64,000 nt of DNA from an uncultured virus (IMG/VR IMGVR_UViG_3300046468_002484). Its lineage: Duplodnaviria > Heunggongvirae > Uroviricota > Caudoviricetes. Positions 49,153 through 59,012 of the stretch are shown here, one piece after another. The position numbers were made by a program, and so were the translations under genes. Below the pieces are notes generated by a model. It was not told the origin of the DNA. It searched no databases and saw only the letters and a list, made by a program, of their open reading frames with translations. Where the stretch lies: the IMG/VR virus record IMGVR_UViG_3300046468_002484; one strand, 5' to 3'. The number at the start of each line of letters is the position of its first letter. The stretch's first letter is position 1.

Positions 49153-49181
49153 ATAAATATAACAAAGATGATTTGTTATAA
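49153..49181 (-). promoter_or_regulatory. Bipartite phage promoter-like motif
   Basis: TTATAA-N16-TATTTAT. Confidence 0.5.
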
Positions 49182-49219
49182 TATCTGTCTAGTTTCTGTT
49201 CTATTTTTTTCATAATTTA

Positions 49220-49966
49220 TTATCTTGCTGACTCAATTTCATCAGTGATTTGCAAATGAGTCTGAATATTTTTTATGGGTGGTAGTTTTTTTTTATTTCT
49301 TTTAATGTTTCGTATTCCTACATAGTGCTTTTTATAATGACCCTGAAACCCACTTACATCCTTGCAATGCATCGGTAGTGTAGTCCAGTTTTCTTTAAAA
49401 TTAGTTTTGGGGTGTTGAGGTTTAAATGACAACATAAATTGGATGTCATCTATGTCACCGGTATTTGATATTTCCGAATAGAACTTGGTTTTGGACGAAT
49501 GCCACATTTGAAAATATCCGATTGCCCCCAAGTCACCAACGATAATCTCACGAATGGATTTAGTTTTTTTATTTACTATTTTATTCCGAAAAACCGGAGT
49601 CTTTAATAACTTATCACCGTAATATCGTGGCATTCCGTATAAAGCAGATTTATTATTGCAACTTTTTTGTATTATCTTTCTAAAATCGTGTGATAATTTT
49701 ACATCAGCATCGAGATGTACCAACCAAGCATCTTTGTCGCAAATATTTAATCCCTCATTAATTGCTCTGCCCTTGGCAAATTCTGCATTATCAAATACTC
49801 GTTTACTGCACACGAATTCAATTTTATTTTTTTTACACAAATTAATTGTATCTTGATCGGATTCGTGTGTAACAATAATCCAACGATCAAATAAATGTTT
49901 ATTTGAAATACACTTCTCAAGTTTTTTTGAAAAATCAATGCACACAGATATTGCTTCTACTTTCAT
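49220..49966 (-). CDS. GT-A glycosyltransferase-like protein
   Basis: FAKGRAINEGL, WLVHLDAD, IGYFQMW. Confidence 0.7.
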   Translation of the reverse strand: MKVEAISVCIDFSKKLEKCISNKHLFDRWIIVTHESDQDTINLCKKNKIEFVCSKRVFDNAEFAKGRAINEGLNICDKDAWLVHLDADVKLSHDFRKIIQKSCNNKSALYGMPRYYGDKLLKTPVFRNKIVNKKTKSIREIIVGDLGAIGYFQMWHSSKTKFYSEISNTGDIDDIQFMLSFKPQHPKTNFKENWTTLPMHCKDVSGFQGHYKKHYVGIRNIKRNKKKLPPIKNIQTHLQITDEIESAR

Positions 49967-51527
49967 AAAAATTTTTTATTTCTTCTAAATAAGGAACTTC
50001 TAATTTATTATAATAATTTAACATAATTGAAATTTGAGTGTCATCCATTACGTCTGTAATATTATTCCGGTGTGTAGCCACTAATTTAAAGTGATTATTT
50101 TTTACCAAAAACTGCTTTGACTCAGGCTTATTCCATTTATCCACAGATCCACCACCCATCAAATAACCACACGGCACATTATCAATCATCGTTGGTGATA
50201 CATATTTTCTAAAATATAGGTAAGCAGTATATATGTAAAATTCAGTTTCTGATGTGCTAAAAATAAAGTAATCTGCGAACTGCTTATTTGTAATTAATTC
50301 TACCGCCATCATCATTTCCCTAACCCACACAGTATTCATTACAAATGGAGTTGTTGTTATATGCTTATCACCATATCCATGTCCAGATTTACTTAAATTT
50401 TTATTATCGGACTCAATTTTGTCTTTTTCATTATAGATGTCGAAGAGTTTTAATGATTTATCAAAGCAATCTACCATGCCACCCGGCATTCCAAGAAAAA
50501 GTTTTGGATTTCCATATTCATCAAAAAAAGTATCAGATTGGGTTTTTCGTATAAAATGATTCTTGGCATCTAATACAACATAATTTTTGGAAGTAATGTA
50601 TTTTGCAATGTACAATTTTAATAATTGTTGCATGTGCCAAGGTTTGCATTTTACACCATCTAATTCTTTGATATCGGATAGTGAGTAAAACTTAACTTTT
50701 TTTTGTAAATTAGGTGGATACCAGTTGAGTATTTCTTTTTTATTAAAAATTGAATTTTTTTCGTTAAATAATACATTTATTTTACCTATGATTGTAGCAT
50801 CAACAAATTCAAACGATTTTGCTTGAATTAAGAGTAAATTTTTCTCACGATCATCATCAAAAAAAATCGTAAAAAAATCTAATTTGTCTTTAGCAAGATT
50901 GTTTACAATATTATTTGATTTCTCACTGATCTTTTTTAAAACTGAATGATGTTTATTTGCACGACTAAATTTAAAAACACCAAAGTCTATATTGTGGTGG
51001 TTTTCGCATTTTTCAATCAAGTTTGTCGTATATTTATCTAAATAATTTGAATTAAAATATCCTTCAGGAAAATTAAGTTTTGTTTTAATAAGTTTTAATT
51101 TGTTACACAAAAAGTTAAAATCGGTTTGTATTTTTTCGTATCTTACCACATAGTCCACGAGTAATTTATTTGCAGGATCATGTGTCCATTGATGTTGATG
51201 ATTTACCCAATCAAGTTGATATTGAATTTTTTCATCAAACGGTTTTTGTTCAGATTTAGGTTTATTTTTTTGCAATTCAAAATGACGATTTACAATTCTA
51301 TCCAATGGATTTCGAACTACTGCTATTTTAAGATAATCATTCCAGTTCCAACCTTTTTTGTAAAATAATCGTTTAATATCAATTGCCTTTAAATGGCAAT
51401 AATATTCTGATTGCATACTTTCTTCTCCAAAAATTTGGGAATACTTATCAAACTCATGTACGAAAAAATCTGCTCCATTGAAAGGAACATTTATTATTAC
51501 AAATTTATGTGTATGTGATATTCTCAT
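49935..51527 (-). CDS. Degenerate sulfotransferase-2 domain fused to a GT-A-like (DUF6492-like) domain
   Basis: ISHTHKFVIINVPFNG, VRNPLDRIV; WHMQQLLKL, VLDAKNHF, TTTPF, TEFYIY. Confidence 0.65.
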   Translation of the reverse strand: MRISHTHKFVIINVPFNGADFFVHEFDKYSQIFGEESMQSEYYCHLKAIDIKRLFYKKGWNWNDYLKIAVVRNPLDRIVNRHFELQKNKPKSEQKPFDEKIQYQLDWVNHQHQWTHDPANKLLVDYVVRYEKIQTDFNFLCNKLKLIKTKLNFPEGYFNSNYLDKYTTNLIEKCENHHNIDFGVFKFSRANKHHSVLKKISEKSNNIVNNLAKDKLDFFTIFFDDDREKNLLLIQAKSFEFVDATIIGKINVLFNEKNSIFNKKEILNWYPPNLQKKVKFYSLSDIKELDGVKCKPWHMQQLLKLYIAKYITSKNYVVLDAKNHFIRKTQSDTFFDEYGNPKLFLGMPGGMVDCFDKSLKLFDIYNEKDKIESDNKNLSKSGHGYGDKHITTTPFVMNTVWVREMMMAVELITNKQFADYFIFSTSETEFYIYTAYLYFRKYVSPTMIDNVPCGYLMGGGSVDKWNKPESKQFLVKNNHFKLVATHRNNITDVMDDTQISIMLNYYNKLEVPYLEEIKNFYESRSNICVH

Positions 51528-52150
51528 TTTCCAAATTCGTAATTAAAGTGTTTGATGTCATTTGCATATTTTTCCGCAACTATTTCTTTCATTTCATCAT
51601 CGTAATATTCACTGTAGTGTTTATGTTTAGTTTTATTAAGATGCGGAAGATTTATACCCTTTGGTAAATTTAGTTGCTCACACATTTGGGTAAAGTCACT
51701 TGCAAGATTTTCAAATCTTAAAATATTATCAACTTTCAATTCTCCATTCAAAGTCAACCAATCATAACAAGGTTGCTTCCATCTTTCTTTGTTATCTTTA
51801 TTATATACAACTTCGTCACGAAATGATGAATCTTGTGGAATATATCCTTCCTTTATACAATAAAAAAAATCAGAAACTATTCTGTCCCACGGATTTCTAA
51901 CGACAGTAAAAGTTTGATAATCATTCCAAAAGTTTTTTATATTTTCTAATGATTCCCAATTATATGTAGTTCTTCGTTTTCCATGTTCCCACCCTTTCCA
52001 AATTTCATATTGATCATCTTTATTTATATGCTTTGAAAAAATTAATTCAACAGATAAATGCACTTGTAGCATATTGAGTGCTCTTACAATGCTACTTCCT
52101 CCTGTTTTGTTGATATGCACAAACATTATTTTTAAATCATGTCTTATCAT
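51524..52150 (-). CDS. Sulfotransferase family 2 protein
   Basis: HINKTGGSS, VRNPWDRIVS, diverged tail. Start set at MIRHDLK. Confidence 0.88.
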   Translation of the reverse strand: MIRHDLKIMFVHINKTGGSSIVRALNMLQVHLSVELIFSKHINKDDQYEIWKGWEHGKRRTTYNWESLENIKNFWNDYQTFTVVRNPWDRIVSDFFYCIKEGYIPQDSSFRDEVVYNKDNKERWKQPCYDWLTLNGELKVDNILRFENLASDFTQMCEQLNLPKGINLPHLNKTKHKHYSEYYDDEMKEIVAEKYANDIKHFNYEFGK

Positions 52151-53363
52151 ATTTAAACACCTCCGGTTCATTTAATAATTCAGAAAGATATAGATGATTA
52201 TCAACATTTTCAGTTGTTTGTAATAAATTAAAAACTCTTCTATATTTTCCAGAGTTCAATAAATTATAATAAATCTCATCTAAAACTTTTTTTTGTTTTC
52301 TTCGGTAACCATCAACTTTCTCATACTTTCCGACCTCTTCACCTTCATTTATATAAATTATTTCTTTTATACAACTATCTGTATTCCACGGTGGTATCCA
52401 TTTCCATCCTGTTTTTTCGTTGCGTGGCCACACTAATACAACTTTTATATTTATTTTTTCAGCAAAGTCTCTTGCGTTAGAGAATAAAATTGATCGTTCG
52501 TGTAAATCTCCAAAGTCACCAACAACCACAACATCTTCAAATGCGAATTGGGATTTTAAAAAATTAGCACATCCCATTCCAGCTTCTTTATTTTCTTCTT
52601 CCCAATGTTGACATAAAATACTTGAATCTACATATATTTTCTTGTTTCTACGCAGTCGTAGACTTTCACAAATTTCTCCATCAGGACCCAATATCAGTCC
52701 GTTATCACGTGGAATTGTTCGCATCGGTAAACACGCAATTACTTCTTCACGATCATACATAGTACATCCCGTGCCGAGAAATCCTGATTCTACCAACCCA
52801 CGATTCCAATAATCGTCAATCATTGCAGGAAACCAATGCGATTGCTTTATACTCGCAACAACAGTTCTTTGTAACTGAGATGGAGTTCTCCACGGGTTTC
52901 CAGTTTCCCATCCTTCGTGTGTAAAATACAAACCAGCAATTGCACCGATTTCTTTTTTATTTTTAATCGTTTGATATAATTTACTAAATCCCATGTCAGG
53001 TGGAACTATATCATCATCTATTGTATAAACATACTTAGAAGTACACACTTTAAATCCCATAGTGAATGATGCACCCGTACTTCTATGCTTTCCTATGCAA
53101 ACTTGTTCATCTCGCCAGTCCATACCCTCGGGTGGAACAAATTTACCAGGACCAGTTACAATTATATATTCAAAATCTTTTTGAAATGATCTTTTTTTAA
53201 TTTCTCGTTTCAGCAAATTTGCAAATTTTTTACCAGCATTATTAACAATAACCCACTTTTTAAGTGCAGGTTTATGTGATAGTTTTGCTATGTAATTTAT
53301 CCATTTATCCAAGCAGTATTCCTTGCCACACACTACAGTAAGTAAATCAACACCATCATCCAT
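52137..53363 (-). CDS. GT2-like glycosyltransferase
   Basis: YVYTIDDDIVPP, AGLY, GFLGTGC, GPD, CQH. Confidence 0.7.
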   Translation of the reverse strand: MDDGVDLLTVVCGKEYCLDKWINYIAKLSHKPALKKWVIVNNAGKKFANLLKREIKKRSFQKDFEYIIVTGPGKFVPPEGMDWRDEQVCIGKHRSTGASFTMGFKVCTSKYVYTIDDDIVPPDMGFSKLYQTIKNKKEIGAIAGLYFTHEGWETGNPWRTPSQLQRTVVASIKQSHWFPAMIDDYWNRGLVESGFLGTGCTMYDREEVIACLPMRTIPRDNGLILGPDGEICESLRLRRNKKIYVDSSILCQHWEEENKEAGMGCANFLKSQFAFEDVVVVGDFGDLHERSILFSNARDFAEKINIKVVLVWPRNEKTGWKWIPPWNTDSCIKEIIYINEGEEVGKYEKVDGYRRKQKKVLDEIYYNLLNSGKYRRVFNLLQTTENVDNHLYLSELLNEPEVFKYDKT

Positions 53364-53379
53364 GTAAATAAATATAATA

Positions 53380-53420
53380 TTATATTATAATTTTTGTTAT
53401 ATTATAATTTTTGTTATATT
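53380..53420. repeat. 17-bp tandem duplication in intergenic/promoter region
   Basis: TTATATTATAATTTTTG x2 plus a partial third copy. Confidence 0.7.
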
Positions 53421-54235
53421 ATATTTTTTTGATTAAATGATTTATCAATTTTATTAAATTTAATATTGTTATCAGATACAAACTTAATATGCATATTTCC
53501 TGATGTCGGTTCACCACGATAGTGATTAATTCTGAATTCATTAAACGGTATATCAATACTTTTACCAGAAGTAGATTCGACATCATGAATAAATGAATTT
53601 CGTACGGCAAGTTCCATTAAATCCATTTGACTATTTAAATTTGGTAATTTTACTATGCACTTGAAAATATCAATATCATATCCATATGTACATAAACTTT
53701 TTACTGATATATTTCTTTTTCTTGATTCAAATACTCTTTGTCTTAATTTAAGTGAAAAATATTTTTTTGTTTCATAAAACGAAATGAACTTTTTAAGATC
53801 ATGCTTTTCTGAAAATAAATACTCATCTGGATCTATGTGAATCCACCAAGTGTTTCTATCATGATTATTAATACAATTTAGATAACCATGACACTGACAG
53901 TATATTCTTTCATAATGTGGACATTCTTTATTTGGTCTCCAAGTTTTTAATGTAACTTGTTTTTTATATTTTTTGATAATTTCGTATAAATGATCATAAA
54001 TTTCATCGTCAGAATAGTCCAAAAAATAATCCGCATTTGGTTTTTTTGCCCACTTTGTTCCTTTAAATTCATTTTCTATTTTGCAATTAATATCCGTTGG
54101 TGACTCGGTTGATTTTAATCCATTGTCATAAATGTAAATGTGATCAACACCCAATTTCAAATGATACTTGATCCATTCGTCAACAAAGAATGTTTCAAGA
54201 CGTGGAAATATTTGTGTATAAATTGATAGTTTCAC
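53414..54235 (-). CDS. GT92/GT2_4-like glycosyltransferase
   Basis: VDEWIKYH..GVDHIYIYDNG, WWIHIDPDEY, INHYR. Confidence 0.78.
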   Translation of the reverse strand: MKLSIYTQIFPRLETFFVDEWIKYHLKLGVDHIYIYDNGLKSTESPTDINCKIENEFKGTKWAKKPNADYFLDYSDDEIYDHLYEIIKKYKKQVTLKTWRPNKECPHYERIYCQCHGYLNCINNHDRNTWWIHIDPDEYLFSEKHDLKKFISFYETKKYFSLKLRQRVFESRKRNISVKSLCTYGYDIDIFKCIVKLPNLNSQMDLMELAVRNSFIHDVESTSGKSIDIPFNEFRINHYRGEPTSGNMHIKFVSDNNIKFNKIDKSFNQKNII

Positions 54236-54870
54236 TTTTCAATTAAAAATATTTTTGTTAAATCAAAATTATTATTCACAGTTTCTTTATTAATTTTAGC
54301 AAGACGATCAAACCAAATTTTTGCGTGTTGATAAGGATCATCTTGACGATACCAATGATATACGTAAATTCCATTCATAATTGCAATTTTTATGTTATTA
54401 TCATTTGCAGAAAATCTAACATTTTGATCAACTGATAAAAATCCATCTGCTAAAAATCCACCGATTGCTTTCCATGCTATTTTTTTTATTAAAATGCAAA
54501 CACCACTGAATCCCGGTTGATCTGTTTTGTCTTTTTTCAATAGAAAAATTTCTTTGCGATGTTTTTTTTGCAATATACTTCCAATTGTTCTGTGGTATTC
54601 CATATCGTGGTTATACACATCTATACCTCCAACCAAATGATGCATATTTGCAACTCGGTTGGTTCTGACACCAAAAATGCCCACCGTGGGATTTATATCT
54701 ATAATTTCATGTAATTGGTGATACCAATCTGTTGTCGTGAACATAGCATCATGATCAAGAAAGCACGCCCAATCGTCATCGTTGGGAAGAATGTCCATAA
54801 ATTTATTATAGGCACATCCTATATTTTTGTCACACTCAGTTGGTGCATATGCAATGTGTGTGTAAATCAA
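54232..54870 (-). CDS. GT-A (GT2-like) glycosyltransferase; paralog of 12627..13292
   Basis: First 50 aa identical to the paralog; DHD motif. Confidence 0.75.
   Translation of the reverse strand: MIYTHIAYAPTECDKNIGCAYNKFMDILPNDDDWACFLDHDAMFTTTDWYHQLHEIIDINPTVGIFGVRTNRVANMHHLVGGIDVYNHDMEYHRTIGSILQKKHRKEIFLLKKDKTDQPGFSGVCILIKKIAWKAIGGFLADGFLSVDQNVRFSANDNNIKIAIMNGIYVYHWYRQDDPYQHAKIWFDRLAKINKETVNNNFDLTKIFLIEK
54721..54869. repeat. 149-bp direct repeat, copy 2
   Basis: See 13143-13291. Confidence 0.9.
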
Positions 54871-54872
54871 TT

Positions 54873-55520
54873 TTATTCTCCGTATTTGTATTGAAATGTG
54901 TCTATATCAATTTTATATTTTTCATCAATCATTGCTTTTGTTTTATCATCATAGTATCTTGTATAATGTCTTCGGCTGGATTTTTTTTCACACGGAATTG
55001 ATACGTCACCAAATCCAAGTTTAGTTAAAATAAGTTTCAAATCTTTTTCAAAATTTTCTGTGCGACCTATAAAATCAACAAGTTTATTTCCTACTTTATC
55101 GTATAAAAAATCGTATTGCGTTTTGATATGCTCACCTCTGTAACTTTTATGACCTTTGTTTTTAAAGATGTATTTAAAACCACCAGTTTCTGTTAAATAA
55201 TGATAAAAAGACGATTCTGATTTAATTAATGAAGGTGTATCTCTTAAAAGCCAAAGATAATCAGATACTGCACGTTCCCAGGGGTTTCTTACAAATCCAA
55301 ATTTAAAATATGTTGATATATTTTTTTTATATAAAATATTCATTTCATGCATAGTTGCGTGTTGCATCCATACTCTATTTTTCGGACACCAACCAACAAA
55401 TAAATTTTCATCGGAAACTACCGATACAAAAGGAGTTTTTGGATTTAAGATTTTAGTTACACTCGAACCTCCCGTTTTAGGAATATGAACAAATACGCAC
55501 TTTAATCTTTCAATTATCAC
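54873..55520 (-). CDS. Sulfotransferase family 2 protein
   Basis: HIPKTGGSS, VRNPWERAVS, DFIGRTENF. Confidence 0.88.
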   Translation of the reverse strand: MIIERLKCVFVHIPKTGGSSVTKILNPKTPFVSVVSDENLFVGWCPKNRVWMQHATMHEMNILYKKNISTYFKFGFVRNPWERAVSDYLWLLRDTPSLIKSESSFYHYLTETGGFKYIFKNKGHKSYRGEHIKTQYDFLYDKVGNKLVDFIGRTENFEKDLKLILTKLGFGDVSIPCEKKSSRRHYTRYYDDKTKAMIDEKYKIDIDTFQYKYGE

Positions 55521-55544
55521 ATAAGATAAATATGAATCAATTTA

Positions 55545-56519
55545 TTATTCATTGTCTATACACCACTTTAAAGTTTCACGAAGTTTTCCTTCAAAGTTCT
55601 TCGTAGGATTCCAATTTAGTTCATTGTGAATTTTACTGAAATCAACTGCATAACGAAAATCGTGTCCTTTACGGTCTTCAACAAAAGTAAGTTGTTCTGA
55701 ATATTTTGTTTTCTTGGGTTTTAATTGATCAAGAATATCACAGATTTTATTTGCAAGTTCGAGATTGTTAAGTTCTTTGTCTCCACCCACATTATAAATT
55801 TCACCGATTTTTCCGTTGTGAAATACTTCATCAATTGCAACACAATGATCCTCTACAAACAACCAATCACGAACATTATCTCCTTTTCCGTAAATAGGAA
55901 TATCTTTACCAGCAATTGCAGTACGAACAATCGTTGGAATTAATTTCTCACGATGCTGATGAGGACCATAATTGTTTGAACAACTCGTTGTAATAACATT
56001 AAGTTTGTATGTTTCAGAATAAGCATTTACAAAAAAGTTACCACTTGCTTTACTTGCACTATAAGGACTATTAGGATCAAACGGAGTTGTTTCCGAAAAT
56101 TTTCCAGTTGCTCCGAGTGTTCCGTAAATTTCGTCTGTGGACACATAATGAAATCTTCCGTTGCCTTTGTTACGAAATGCTTCAAGAAGCACACAAGTGC
56201 CTACTACATTCGTTGTAACGAAGTCTAATGGTCTTTCGATACTATTGTCTACGTGTGATTCGGCTGCAAGATGAATAACCGAATCAATCTTGTGTTCGTC
56301 AAAAAGTTTGTTCACCAACTTCTCGTCACGGATGTCTCCTTTCACGAATACGTAATTCGGATTGCCTTCCAACGTTTTTAAGTAACTTGCATCAGAAGCA
56401 TAAGTCATCAAGTCCAAGTTGACGAGTTTGTAGTTCGGATACTTCTTCGCAAGATGCAGAACAAGGTTTGAACCTATGAATCCGCAGCCTCCTGTTATTA
56501 ATATTACTCTTTCACCCAT
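55545..56519 (-). CDS. rmlB: dTDP-glucose 4,6-dehydratase
   Basis: TGGCGFIGSN, HLAAESHVDNSI, VSTDEIYG, SPYSASKA, CSNNYGP, DRKGHDFRYA. Confidence 0.96.
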   Translation of the reverse strand: MGERVILITGGCGFIGSNLVLHLAKKYPNYKLVNLDLMTYASDASYLKTLEGNPNYVFVKGDIRDEKLVNKLFDEHKIDSVIHLAAESHVDNSIERPLDFVTTNVVGTCVLLEAFRNKGNGRFHYVSTDEIYGTLGATGKFSETTPFDPNSPYSASKASGNFFVNAYSETYKLNVITTSCSNNYGPHQHREKLIPTIVRTAIAGKDIPIYGKGDNVRDWLFVEDHCVAIDEVFHNGKIGEIYNVGGDKELNNLELANKICDILDQLKPKKTKYSEQLTFVEDRKGHDFRYAVDFSKIHNELNWNPTKNFEGKLRETLKWCIDNE

Positions 56520-57388
56520 TTGTTAAAAGAATCTTCAATTGCATCCATGCAATAACGCATTTTGATTCCTGTGTTTAATAATTTGGTATTGTCCATTACG
56601 CAATTTGATCTTGGTGCAGTTGCACCTTTGCTATAAAACTCCGAATCATCTTCCCAATATTCAAATTCTTTTTCCAACTTAAATTTCTTTTTCATACACT
56701 CAACGACTTGTTTTGTTGTGACATATCCACCGTTGGTAACATTATAGATTCCATAGTCGCATTTGTTCAAAGGTAAATCAAGACAAGCATTAACAAATTC
56801 TTCACGATGTGAAATTGAATTAACTGCGTTATAAACTTTGTCGTATCTTTGAATCTTGGATAAGTAATTACGATTTGAATCAAATTCGTCAAATGGAATT
56901 CTAAGTCTGCAAGTATATACTTTTTCAAACTTGCTTAAAATTTCTTCACCAAGTGCTTTACTTCCACTGTAAAAACTACAAGGAGGTTGATCGTATGAAA
57001 AGTTAGGAACATCTTCTTCTGTGAATCCGATTTTGTTTCCGTTGGCATCTTCTCCTTTGTCACCTGCATAAATGCAACCACTGCTTACATGAACCAAAGG
57101 AACATCATTAAGTTCGCATACTTGACCTAGAATTTGAGGAAGAAGCACGTTTCCGATGATTGTTCCACTTTTATTGATCTCACATTGATCGACATTTGGT
57201 TTTCCTGTGAAACCTCCTGCGTTTAATACAAACTCAGGTTTTGCATTAGCAATTTCATCATTCAATGTTTTAAAGTCATAGTAATTTACTTCACTTCTTG
57301 AAAGATTCTTAAACTCTATATTTCTTTGAGATAGAATCTCTTGAAATTTAAGTCCGACATATCCTGTACCACCAATTAATAATATCAT
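56504..57388 (-). CDS. RmlD-family reductase, NRS/ER (epimerase-reductase)-like
   Basis: GGTGYVG, GFTGKPNVDQCE, SSGCIY, SFYSGSK, RLRIP. Confidence 0.8.
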   Translation of the reverse strand: MILLIGGTGYVGLKFQEILSQRNIEFKNLSRSEVNYYDFKTLNDEIANAKPEFVLNAGGFTGKPNVDQCEINKSGTIIGNVLLPQILGQVCELNDVPLVHVSSGCIYAGDKGEDANGNKIGFTEEDVPNFSYDQPPCSFYSGSKALGEEILSKFEKVYTCRLRIPFDEFDSNRNYLSKIQRYDKVYNAVNSISHREEFVNACLDLPLNKCDYGIYNVTNGGYVTTKQVVECMKKKFKLEKEFEYWEDDSEFYSKGATAPRSNCVMDNTKLLNTGIKMRYCMDAIEDSFNKWVKE

Positions 57389-57406
57389 AGTAATAAATAT
57401 TAGTTA

Positions 57407-58261
57407 TTATAAAAACTTTCCACGCAAAGCATCTTTATATGAAGATTTCGGTATTTTTCTCAACAGACGATCATATTGCTGAACATCAATAAACTTTTGT
57501 TGCAATGCGGTTTTTTCTAAACATCCCATGCATACACCCTGTCTTCTTTGTATTGTACGAATATAAGATGATGTATCGTAAAAACTTTCTGCGGTTCCTG
57601 CGTCTAACCAAGCACTTGATCTCGGTAAAATCTCAACTTTGAGTTTGTTTCTTTCCAAATATACTTTGTTTACATCTGTAATTTCCAGTTCACCACGATT
57701 TGATGGTTTTAAGTTCTTGGAAATATCAACTACATCATTATCATAAAAGTATAAACCAGTTACTGCATAATTACTTTTTGGTTTTTTGGGTTTTTCTTCA
57801 ATGCTTAATGCATTATTATTTGAATCAAAATCTACAACTCCATATCTCTCAGGATCATCAACATGATACGCAAATACAACACCTCCGTCTACTTGCTTGT
57901 CGATTTGGTAAAACCTCGAACTTGTGTGGAAAAAATTATCCCCAAGAATCAAACAAACAGGATCGTTTTTGATAAAATTATCTGCTAAAATAAATGCCTC
58001 GGCAATTCCGTTGCTTTTTTCTTGTTTTATATATTCAAAAGAACATCCGAACTTTTTTCCGTTTCCAAATAACTTACGAAAAAAACTTAATCCAATTTCG
58101 TTTGAGATTATACAAATTTCTTTAATTCCAAATTTAAGCAAAGTCTCTAATGAATAATATATCATAGGTTTATCATACAACATTAACAATTGCTTGCTTG
58201 CAACTTGCGTTATTGGATATAATCTTGTACCAGATCCTCCTGCTAATATGATTCCTTTCAT
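57407..58261 (-). CDS. rmlA: Glucose-1-phosphate thymidylyltransferase
   Basis: GIILAGGSGTRLYPIT, LILGDN, PERYGV, EEKP, RGELEITD, WLDAGT. Confidence 0.96.
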   Translation of the reverse strand: MKGIILAGGSGTRLYPITQVASKQLLMLYDKPMIYYSLETLLKFGIKEICIISNEIGLSFFRKLFGNGKKFGCSFEYIKQEKSNGIAEAFILADNFIKNDPVCLILGDNFFHTSSRFYQIDKQVDGGVVFAYHVDDPERYGVVDFDSNNNALSIEEKPKKPKSNYAVTGLYFYDNDVVDISKNLKPSNRGELEITDVNKVYLERNKLKVEILPRSSAWLDAGTAESFYDTSSYIRTIQRRQGVCMGCLEKTALQQKFIDVQQYDRLLRKIPKSSYKDALRGKFL

Positions 58262-58292
58262 TTTTTTATTTCCTGTTTTACTTTAATTTGTA

Positions 58293-59012
58293 TTATATTA
58301 TTTTTTTAAAATGTTTAAACATTCTTCCTACCATGACATCTTCCAACGAAAATGGGAAAATGTTTTGATTATTTTTTATATTATGTGAATTTAAAATCCA
58401 TTCAGCATTCTTACTGCAAATATATTTTGCAAACCTATAACTTACTGAGTATGCCTTTCCGCAATAATAAAACAATTCGTTAGCAATCCACGGTGGAGTA
58501 TCAAGTAAAATTGGAATTCTATGAGTAACTGCCCATTGCTTGTAATCATCTTCATTTAAATGTTTTCCAAAAGTTCCATCATAATCTTTATTTTTTTTAG
58601 AATAAATAAGTTTTTCAACTTTATCAAGTCCACATATTTTTTTTCGTGTACGTTCACCTACACGATTGTATGTCAAAAAATTACTATCAAGTTTAATCAG
58701 TTTATTAAACATAATATTTTCAATACACCAGTTTATCATGTCATATGTTTTTTTGTGAAGTTTATCATAACGTTCTTCACCCATGAGATGTAGTTTATTA
58801 TTTTCATACATTACATATTCACCACCACGAAAATATTCTATTATCATTAAATTTTCATCTTTCAGCAAGTTTTCATAAAAAACAGAGTTTTTTAAAATAC
58901 AAGTTTGTGAAATATCTTTTTCACATGAGTTTATCATAATCAATGTATCAATTGAAAGTTTTTTATGATTTGCATATCCGTAACTATTATTATCCATATT
59001 TACAGTATCCAC
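58293..59012 (-). CDS. GT31-like glycosyltransferase
   Basis: ERYDKLHKKT, LIKLDS, YYCGKAYSVS, LEDVMVG. Confidence 0.55.
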   Translation of the reverse strand: MDTVNMDNNSYGYANHKKLSIDTLIMINSCEKDISQTCILKNSVFYENLLKDENLMIIEYFRGGEYVMYENNKLHLMGEERYDKLHKKTYDMINWCIENIMFNKLIKLDSNFLTYNRVGERTRKKICGLDKVEKLIYSKKNKDYDGTFGKHLNEDDYKQWAVTHRIPILLDTPPWIANELFYYCGKAYSVSYRFAKYICSKNAEWILNSHNIKNNQNIFPFSLEDVMVGRMFKHFKKII

